The notes under the pieces are model-generated. The model had not been told where the DNA came from. It did no database searches and saw only the letters and a program-made list of their open reading frames with translations. The position numbers and the translations under genes were made by a program. A stretch of DNA of 64,000 nt from an uncultured Candidatus Obscuribacterales bacterium (GTDB taxonomy: Bacteria; Cyanobacteriota; Vampirovibrionia; Obscuribacterales; Obscuribacteraceae), in NCBI GenBank assembly GCA_964615655.1, contig CAZTQO010000018.1:854-64853 (forward strand). The letters are read 5' to 3'. Shown here in pieces: positions 55,029 through 62,391 of the stretch. How positions within the stretch are numbered: the first letter of the stretch is position 1; each line of letters begins with the position of its first letter.

Positions 55029-56099
55029 ATGATCAAAGATTGTTATAGGAAAGAACCTGGAGCTCTAATATTGCTGACAGAAGGAATGATTTTCCGCAAA
55101 ACAGGTAGCGAGCTGGCTCTGGAGAAAATAGATCTTCAAGAACCAGGCCCTCACGAGCTTTTGATTCAAATAAACGCCTGTGCAGTTTGCCGGACCGACC
55201 TGCATGTGGTGGACGGCGATCTTAAGAATCCAAAGCTGCCACTTGTTCCCGGACATGAGGTGGTGGGCAGAGTTCTCGCTTGCGGGAGCGAAGTGGAGTC
55301 TATTTTCAAAACTGGCGACAGGGTCTGCGTGCCCTGGCTGGCATCTTGCTGCTTTAAATGCCAGTTCTGCAAGTCCGGGCAGGAAAATCTCTGTGAGAGT
55401 CCTGAATTTACCGGTTATACGAAAAACGGCGGTTTTGCAGGCCATATGATTTCGGATTCCCGTTTTACTTTTAAGCTCTCTGATTCTTTTGCAGCATACA
55501 AAGACGAGGAAGTGGCGCCGCTATTGTGTGCAGGTCTTATCGGCTGGCGCTCGTTCAAGTTTGCCTGCCGGGGCAATTATGAGGCCGGCGGAAGACGCCT
55601 GGGTATCTACGGCTTCGGAGCCGCCGGGCATTTAGTTTTGCAGATTGCCAGTTTTTTCAACTGGCAGACTTATGCATTCACCAGAGAAGGCGACAGGCAA
55701 GGGCAGGAGTTTGCCCAGGGCTTAGGTGCTTTCTGGGCTGGTTCATCAAAAGAGATGCCTCCCGAAAAACTTGATGCGGCAATTATATTTGCGCCGGTCG
55801 GCTCACTTGTGCCTGCTGCGCTACAGGCTCTGAAAAAGGGTGGCTTAGTAGTATGCGGCGGCATTCATATGAGCGATATTCCGCAGTTCTCTTATGCCTT
55901 GCTATGGGGCGAACGCAGTATTGTTTCGGTGGCGAATTTGACCAGGCAAGACGCAAACGAGTTTCTGGAGCTTGCTCCCAGAGCAGAAATTAAAGCCAGG
56001 ATTTCCAGATATAAGTTAAAGCAGGCAAACGAAGCACTTTCAGATCTCCGGGATGGAAGAGTTGAGGGGGCGGCGGTGCTCTGCCTGAAAGCGGATTAA
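55029..56099 (+). CDS. Zinc-dependent alcohol dehydrogenase (MDR superfamily)
   Basis: CAVCRTDLHVVDGD, GHEVVGRV, the structural-Zn Cys cluster CCFKCQFCKSGQENLC, and the GFGAAGH Rossmann motif. An internal Met at 55086 is an alternative start. Confidence 0.85.
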   Translation: MIKDCYRKEPGALILLTEGMIFRKTGSELALEKIDLQEPGPHELLIQINACAVCRTDLHVVDGDLKNPKLPLVPGHEVVGRVLACGSEVESIFKTGDRVCVPWLASCCFKCQFCKSGQENLCESPEFTGYTKNGGFAGHMISDSRFTFKLSDSFAAYKDEEVAPLLCAGLIGWRSFKFACRGNYEAGGRRLGIYGFGAAGHLVLQIASFFNWQTYAFTREGDRQGQEFAQGLGAFWAGSSKEMPPEKLDAAIIFAPVGSLVPAALQALKKGGLVVCGGIHMSDIPQFSYALLWGERSIVSVANLTRQDANEFLELAPRAEIKARISRYKLKQANEALSDLRDGRVEGAAVLCLKAD

Positions 56100-56185
56100 T
56101 AAATGCAAGTGATAAGTCTTAAATGCTTATCGGGAGCTAATAAGTCGGCGGTGATACAATGGCAACTTGCGAGGTTTTTTGATCA

Positions 56186-57316
56186 ATGGCAACAAGTATC
56201 GGCCAGCGGGCGGATAAAGGCATTAGTACAGGTTCTGGTTCCGGGCAGGCATTGCTCAACGTACTTGAGCCTCCTTATTTGATTGACATTTTCTTGAAGA
56301 ATCCGCCTTTTGATTTCAGCGCCCATATGAACAGCAGTGTTGACGGCTCGCTCACACCTGTTTTCATGGCTGATTTTGATCTGCTTACCACTCTTGATGA
56401 TGAAGCAAAAGCAGTCAAAAACTTTTTCAAAAAGTATCCGTTCTTAAAGAAACTGCTCACTTTCCCAACTCTTTTTGTGGGCACCACTGCCACTGAGTAT
56501 GCAAACTATCCAGAGCAGGATGACTATAAATCTGTAGTATCTTCGTTGCTGCAAACAATGAGGAAAAGAAAAGCAAGCTTCTTGATCGTAAAGGATATTC
56601 CGCAAAATTCGCCTCTTTTGACTAAGTCTGCAAATGCAAATGCCGAGAACTTAGTTGGCTATTGCCAGGAAAATGGCTTCCTGATTGTAGAAGGTCAGGC
56701 GCTTGCTTATGTGCCGCTTGATTTTTCATCTGTCGATGAGTTCCTGAAACGTTTGTCTAAAACAAGAAGGAAAGAGTTTCGCAAGAAATTGAAAGAAGGC
56801 GCTCATGTAGAAGTAGAAGAGCTCAGTTGCGGATCGAGCGTCTTTTTTGACGAGAGCTTTCTTGCTTTGCTTTACAGCATGTATGAAAATGTGTTTGCTC
56901 AAAGTGAGATTCATTTTGATAAGCTCACCCCCGGATTTTTCAGGGAGCTCCTGCAGAACAGCTCGGGCGGCGGCAAAGTTTTTTGCTATAAAGTACACGG
57001 AGAGCTTATCGGATACAACATTTGTTTTGTGCATGAGAAGCGGCTGGTGGACAAATACGTTGGTTTTGTTTATCCGCAGGCAAGAGATGCAAATCTTTAT
57101 TTCATCAGCTGGTTTTACAACCTCGAATACGCGATCAAGCACGGACTCGAGGCATATATTGCCGGTTGGACCGACCCGGCGGTGAAGGCTGCTCTGGGCG
57201 CTAAGTTCACACTTACAAGACACGCAGTTTTCATCAGTAATCCCATCTTGCGTGCCATACTCCGTCCGTTTAAACGCTTTTTCGAATCTGATTCAAACTG
57301 GATCGAAAATAATTGA
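56186..57316 (+). CDS. GNAT-fold acyltransferase of the FemAB/CelD (BioF2-like) type
   Basis: 376 aa. DFSSVDEFLKRLSKTRRKEFRKKLKEG resembles the conserved linker of Acetyltransf_6-type proteins. Assignment is moderate. Confidence 0.5.
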   Translation: MATSIGQRADKGISTGSGSGQALLNVLEPPYLIDIFLKNPPFDFSAHMNSSVDGSLTPVFMADFDLLTTLDDEAKAVKNFFKKYPFLKKLLTFPTLFVGTTATEYANYPEQDDYKSVVSSLLQTMRKRKASFLIVKDIPQNSPLLTKSANANAENLVGYCQENGFLIVEGQALAYVPLDFSSVDEFLKRLSKTRRKEFRKKLKEGAHVEVEELSCGSSVFFDESFLALLYSMYENVFAQSEIHFDKLTPGFFRELLQNSSGGGKVFCYKVHGELIGYNICFVHEKRLVDKYVGFVYPQARDANLYFISWFYNLEYAIKHGLEAYIAGWTDPAVKAALGAKFTLTRHAVFISNPILRAILRPFKRFFESDSNWIENN

Positions 57317-57323
57317 TTATCTG

Positions 57324-58538
57324 ATGATCGCAAAAGAAATACCGCCGACTGCAGGCATGCCGCTCAAGTTTGCTGATTTTGTTTTTGCTTTATCGGCAAA
57401 GGAGTCGTGCTTTGAAAAAGAGCTTGCAGATTTTCTCGAAATTGAGCAGCTTGATATATACAGCTCCGGTACGCTCTGCCTGGCGATTGCATTTGAAACT
57501 GCAAAACGAGTAAGCAGCAGAGCCAGAGTGATTCTTCCTGCATACACCTGCCCGCTTGTGGCAATAGCAGCGCATAAAGCCGGAATGGAAATTGTTCTTT
57601 GTGACTCCAAAGAAAACAGCTTTTGTATGGATGAAGAAAGACTCGAAGAAATTTGCGACAATTCAGTTGCAGCGATTGTGCCTACCAGCATTGCCGGGCT
57701 GGCTTATGATCAGAGTCGCGTTTATGAGATTGCAAAAGCAAATGGCGCTTTCATTGTTGCAGATGAAGCGCAGTCTCTGGGTGCCAGAGTACAGGGACAT
57801 CTAGCCGGCAGAAATGCTGATTTTGCAGTTTACAGCCTGGCAGTGGGCAAGGGGCTCTCTGTATATGACGGCGGCTTGCTTGCTGTAAAAAATCCGGACT
57901 TGAGGATGCTTTCAAGAAAGGTCGCATCCGAATGGGTGAAAAAGGACCTGGCTCTGTGTTTGACGCGCCAGTTACAAACTTTCGGGCTTTTGCTTGCATA
58001 TAATCCCTTTGCTTTGACTTTCGTTTATGGAGCCGGGCTCAGAAAAAATCTTGCAAAGAAAGACTATATAGAAGCAGTTGGCGACCATTTTGATTTTGAT
58101 ATTCCTGCTTATGAATTTGACAGCTTCAGGAAGCGGGTTGCTGGCGCAGCATTAAAACGCCTGCCCGAATTTTTGCGTGGAAACCGGGCAAGGGGGCTTC
58201 GGAGAGCAGAGCAATTGAAGAACAGAGTTCCAGCACTAGCTGTGCTTGCTGAAGAGAATGGATCCGAAGGAAGCTGGCCTTTTTTAATGCTGCTTTGCAA
58301 AACTGAAAGAGCTAGAGAAAAAATCATGTCTGAGCTCTGGGGCGCCGGACTTGGATTAACCCGGCTATTTATACATGAGCTTGGCGGCTACGATTATTTG
58401 AGTTCGATTGTTCCACGGACAGGCACACCTAATGCTCGGTCATTTGCTGAGCGGAGCTTCTCTATTAGCAATAGCCCATATCTCAGCGATTCTGATTTTG
58501 AAGGATTGGTCGGCCGGATTAGTGTTTTGCTTTCCTAG
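57324..58538 (+). CDS. DegT/DnrJ/EryC1/StrS-family PLP-dependent aminotransferase-like protein
   Basis: VILPAYTCPLVAIA, IVADEAQSLGA, FAVYSLAVGKGLS (Lys in the PLP position). Start taken at ATG 57324, just after the previous stop (track start 57252 overlaps). Confidence 0.7.
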   Translation: MIAKEIPPTAGMPLKFADFVFALSAKESCFEKELADFLEIEQLDIYSSGTLCLAIAFETAKRVSSRARVILPAYTCPLVAIAAHKAGMEIVLCDSKENSFCMDEERLEEICDNSVAAIVPTSIAGLAYDQSRVYEIAKANGAFIVADEAQSLGARVQGHLAGRNADFAVYSLAVGKGLSVYDGGLLAVKNPDLRMLSRKVASEWVKKDLALCLTRQLQTFGLLLAYNPFALTFVYGAGLRKNLAKKDYIEAVGDHFDFDIPAYEFDSFRKRVAGAALKRLPEFLRGNRARGLRRAEQLKNRVPALAVLAEENGSEGSWPFLMLLCKTERAREKIMSELWGAGLGLTRLFIHELGGYDYLSSIVPRTGTPNARSFAERSFSISNSPYLSDSDFEGLVGRISVLLS

Positions 58539-58585
58539 CTTCTTAAAGCAAGAAGAAAAATGACCCCTGTGTATTTTGCTATACT

Positions 58586-58629
58586 TTCAATACTTCAAGC
58601 AATAGTTCAAGCAATAGTTCAAGCAATGA
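58586..58629. repeat. TTCAAGCAATAG 12-bp direct repeat, 3 copies plus a partial copy, 57 nt upstream of the response regulator start
   Basis: Units at 58594-58605, 58606-58617 and 58618-58629 (last unit TTCAAGCAATGA), preceded by TTCAATAC. A TATACT -10-like hexamer lies at 58580-58585. Confidence 0.85.
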
Positions 58630-58686
58630 ACCTGAAAATGTATCTGTAATCACTAAGTTTCTGCAAATGCTCCGGAGATCGTAACA

Positions 58687-59379
58687 ATGAGTTCAGCCCT
58701 TGCTGCCACAATCCTGCTTGCAGAGGATGATGATATTCTGCGGAGCGCCGTGTTTGACGCACTCAGCACCGAGGGCTACAAAGTTTCAATTGCAAGTTCG
58801 GGCACCGATGCAGTTGCATTTTGCGATCTGGGTAGATTTGACCTGCTGATTCTGGATTGGAATATGCCCGGTCGTAGTGGAATTGAAGTGAGCAAGTATT
58901 ACAGGCAAAAAGGTAATGCAGAGCCCATTCTTTTTCTCACTTCACGGAGCGATATTAAGGATAAGGAAATCGCATTTGATGGGGGCGCGGATGATTATCT
59001 CACAAAGCCTTTCGATTTAAGAGAATTGCTCCTGCGTGTAAAAGCTCTTTTGAAGCGGCCGGTAGCGATAATAAAAGATGAACTTAAGATCGGAACCGTA
59101 TCGTTTGAACTGAAGTCCGGTCTACTTAAAGGCAAGGAGCAATCGGTTAAACTTCAGCCTCGTGAAACAGAACTGCTCTTGTTCTTCATTAAACGTCCCG
59201 GACAAATACTGAAAGCTGAAGGTGTAAGAACGGCAGTCTGGGGTGCTGAGTTTGAAGGTTCGGATGTTGCGCTGCGTGCCTGTCTGGCAAAGGTACGCAA
59301 AGCGCTGGCAGTTTTCGAGCTCGAGAAATGTATCGAGACCGTGCACGGCTTTGGATACCAGTTTAATCCCCCTGATTAA
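58687..59379 (+). CDS. OmpR/PhoB-family response regulator
   Basis: REC domain (LLAEDDD, DLLILDWNMPG, LTSR, ADDYLTKPF) plus a winged-helix trans_reg_C (LQPRETELLLFF ... VHGFGYQF). Confidence 0.9.
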   Translation: MSSALAATILLAEDDDILRSAVFDALSTEGYKVSIASSGTDAVAFCDLGRFDLLILDWNMPGRSGIEVSKYYRQKGNAEPILFLTSRSDIKDKEIAFDGGADDYLTKPFDLRELLLRVKALLKRPVAIIKDELKIGTVSFELKSGLLKGKEQSVKLQPRETELLLFFIKRPGQILKAEGVRTAVWGAEFEGSDVALRACLAKVRKALAVFELEKCIETVHGFGYQFNPPD

Positions 59380-59388
59380 GCTCCAAGA

Positions 59389-59456
59389 ATCGCCAACAAA
59401 TCGCCAACAAATCGCTGATAAAAACTAATTATCGGCTGAACTAATTATCGGCTGAA
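59389..59456. repeat. Two adjacent tandem repeat sets: ATCGCCAACAA x2 (plus a degenerate third) and CTAATTATCGGCTGAA x2
   Basis: 11-bp units at 59389, 59400 and 59411. 16-bp units at 59425 and 59441. Located between the regulator stop and the TadG-like gene. Confidence 0.9.
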
Positions 59457-59521
59457 CTATTAATGATGATTAGGATCTGCTGGGCTTCAGGCAAGCTTAA
59501 AGTTCATGTTGGAGGAGTCAA

Positions 59522-61801
59522 ATGACACTAAGAAATGCGCATGGTGGAACTATTGCTTTCATGCTTGTCTTGGCATTTGTCAGCATTATAGTTGGTGTGG
59601 GATTTTTCTTTTTTGTGAAACTTGTTGGCGGACATCGCGAACTGAGTAATGCCGCAGATTCAGGCACACTCAGTATTGCCAAGGATGGTGCTGAGATACC
59701 GACTGTTGCATTCAGCGATGCCGAGACAAGAAGATCGCCGCTTGGTGGACTTATCGATGCTCGGGCAAAGGGGATTAATTTGCAAAGCTATAATCGAGCA
59801 GTAGCTCAGGCTTATTTAGTGGCGTTGAATGCGGAGTCCGATGGTAAGGCCGCGGGCATTGCCAATGCAAAGAAACTCTTTGATACCTTGCAGGGACCGA
59901 ATGGCATTGCAGCGCAGCTTAGTGAAAAACTCAGCCAGCCCGGCTCTTCAACAAGTTCATGGGTGGCTAAAGCTTTTGTGCCGCCTGCTGCTTCCAATTC
60001 ATTGCGCATGTTGGCCTGCGATAAAAGCACCCCGGAGCTCAGTTATACAGTCAATCAAGGGAACTATGCCGTTGCATACGTACATCCCGAATCGGGAGAA
60101 ATAGAAAAAAGCAACAGCAATATTGAACTCGGCAAGAACTTTAAGAAGCAGGTTCCGTTCGTTGATTATGCAGGTGGCCAGCAAGTAAAAATTCCTGATA
60201 ATAGCTTTGCTTTCGATAAAACAAAGAACTACAGATCCTTGCGCGGCTACGATCCGATGAAAATCGGCAAAGTAGGTACATTAATGGCGGTCACAATGTC
60301 CCCGTTCGAGCAAGCACATTTGATCTCCGATCGTTATTTTACCAACGACAAAAAAAGCCCCAGCCCAAGCACTGATTTGCATGTACCTCCTAACTCATTT
60401 GAAACCGTGACCTTAACTGCGGACCAGCGTACATCTTTAAATCTGGGTGTGAAGTCGGCCTCGATGGTGGGCACAGCTTCGATAAATTTGCCGCCTGCTG
60501 ATCCAAATCCAATGCAACTGTCAGCAGCTGCCCCAAAGTATGATCTGTCGATTCCGCGTGGTTATTTGATTATTGATAATGCCGGTGACGGTATTGACTC
60601 CAGCTACACCGGCTTGATTCCCCAGGAGAGTACCCGCTCAACAATCTGGTATGGAACAACCGGTGTAAGTGTGGATTCACCGGGAAAAGGATGCTTTTCG
60701 AATAACGGACGGCTGGAAGAATGGATGAAGTACAACAAGGCCAGGCAAAACGGCACTGCTGCATTTATGCCTGAGCCGCAACTGGACGGCTTATACAACC
60801 AGTCTGGAAAAGCAGCCAGTTTGAGCGAAGCAAGACTGATAACTGCAAGCAGCAATCCATCGCCATGCCGCTGCCATGACCTCAACTCAGATCCTGTTGG
60901 CGCCAATCCGAATTCTGTATGTGTGAAGTATGCAAGATCGCTGCCATTTATGCCAGGTCCATTTGATACTGCCTACTTTCCGAACTACCTGAATCCACCT
61001 GTTTACGGCAAAGTCGGCTTGCCGATGACGGCCGGTGAGCTGGCTAAAATGAAGTTGTGGAATCTATTTCTTTCAAATGCAGGGGCCGGTGGCTTGCTAA
61101 CGGAAGTAAATCACACAACCGGTGCCAGGCTCTATCCACAGACTCCCCTGTTTTTGGGCAATGATCCAATCCTAAACAACCCCGTACCCTATAATTCAGC
61201 GCCGGGACTCAATTGCACGCTTGGTACAAACTACAGCGCCCAGGGGCTTGCGTACAGCAGTCCGATTGTGCCAGGGCAGGTAAGCAAGGACGGCTCGCTT
61301 CTTGATTTGATGCAGCAGGTGGCAAGCCATGATCCGAATCCGCTTCATCACAAGGGACGCCTAGAACTTAAACGCTTTCTCGAAAACCGCATGTGGCAGA
61401 TCAAGCCTGATGCAAGCCAGGCGGAAATAGACGAAATTATTGACGGCAAAGTGCATGGACTTGCAGTTGGCAAGAAATACTACCTTTACCTGGACAAGCA
61501 TCGAAAGTTCAAGCTTGATCTGACACCGCCCTTCTGGATTGATCCACTGACTGGTGAAACACCTGACGGGACGGCGCACGAGTACGGCACAATTCCGTTC
61601 AGCCTGCTTGGGACTCTCGTAAATACTCCCGGCGATTTCAACGTCCACAACATACCGTTCATTGACTCAAGTGGCCCGACAATATTTGATCGATTGCATG
61701 CCAGCTTCACACCTTCTAGCGGCGCCAACAATTTGCTGGGAGTAGTGAAGTTCTCGGAGACCAGCTTTGGTGTACCGGTAATGTTCAGCAACGCGAATTA
61801 A
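59522..61801 (+). CDS. Large (759 aa) membrane-anchored protein with a TadE/TadG-like (Flp pilus-assembly) N-terminus
   Basis: GGTIAFMLVLAFVSIIVGVGFFFFVKL...ELSNAADSGTLS resembles the Tad N-terminal motif (TM helix followed by L.NAADAAALA). The rest is unassigned. Confidence 0.5.
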   Translation: MTLRNAHGGTIAFMLVLAFVSIIVGVGFFFFVKLVGGHRELSNAADSGTLSIAKDGAEIPTVAFSDAETRRSPLGGLIDARAKGINLQSYNRAVAQAYLVALNAESDGKAAGIANAKKLFDTLQGPNGIAAQLSEKLSQPGSSTSSWVAKAFVPPAASNSLRMLACDKSTPELSYTVNQGNYAVAYVHPESGEIEKSNSNIELGKNFKKQVPFVDYAGGQQVKIPDNSFAFDKTKNYRSLRGYDPMKIGKVGTLMAVTMSPFEQAHLISDRYFTNDKKSPSPSTDLHVPPNSFETVTLTADQRTSLNLGVKSASMVGTASINLPPADPNPMQLSAAAPKYDLSIPRGYLIIDNAGDGIDSSYTGLIPQESTRSTIWYGTTGVSVDSPGKGCFSNNGRLEEWMKYNKARQNGTAAFMPEPQLDGLYNQSGKAASLSEARLITASSNPSPCRCHDLNSDPVGANPNSVCVKYARSLPFMPGPFDTAYFPNYLNPPVYGKVGLPMTAGELAKMKLWNLFLSNAGAGGLLTEVNHTTGARLYPQTPLFLGNDPILNNPVPYNSAPGLNCTLGTNYSAQGLAYSSPIVPGQVSKDGSLLDLMQQVASHDPNPLHHKGRLELKRFLENRMWQIKPDASQAEIDEIIDGKVHGLAVGKKYYLYLDKHRKFKLDLTPPFWIDPLTGETPDGTAHEYGTIPFSLLGTLVNTPGDFNVHNIPFIDSSGPTIFDRLHASFTPSSGANNLLGVVKFSETSFGVPVMFSNAN

Positions 61802-61870
61802 AAGATAGTTGGACGGTGTTTTCTTTGGCTGGATAAAGATGAGCTGATACTCGATGGAGAAAATAAAGAA

Positions 61871-62341
61871 ATGAAATTGCAATTCACTGTTAATCACCGT
61901 TTTGTGCCTGCCCTGATCACTGGTCTTGTTGCAATATCGCTTCCTACGGCAACAGCCGGCGAAAAAATTGCCTGGGCTGCTTCTAAGGCTCCGCTGCAGG
62001 CTAGTTTTGAGAAGCTCAAGTACTCACCCGAGCTGGCTTTCATTCCAAGCTACACCGGCAAACAGTTTGTCAACACCGAAGCTATTCGTTACACTGGCTT
62101 GCCTACCGGTCAATGTTATAACGTCAAATACTTGATGAAGGAAGCTCCTTCGATTGTGCACGACTGGTATCTACTTAGCCTGCGCCAGTGCGGCTGGACT
62201 ATCGATGAGACTGATTCCGGTTCCAGCGCGATTACAGCCAGGCGCGCCGATGGATTGACCTGCTATATTTACACGCGCCCGGCCTTGCAGGCTGGATATG
62301 CTTGCGAAATGATCCTGCGCTATGCCATTCGTCCTGTCTAA
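61871..62341 (+). CDS. Hypothetical secreted protein (156 aa)
   Basis: Signal peptide ending in ATAGE. No domain. Confidence 0.5.
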   Translation: MKLQFTVNHRFVPALITGLVAISLPTATAGEKIAWAASKAPLQASFEKLKYSPELAFIPSYTGKQFVNTEAIRYTGLPTGQCYNVKYLMKEAPSIVHDWYLLSLRQCGWTIDETDSGSSAITARRADGLTCYIYTRPALQAGYACEMILRYAIRPV

Positions 62342-62391
62342 GAGAGGGGGCAAAGCCTGTCAGCCCTGCTCGAAGCCCTTGCCGGCTGATT

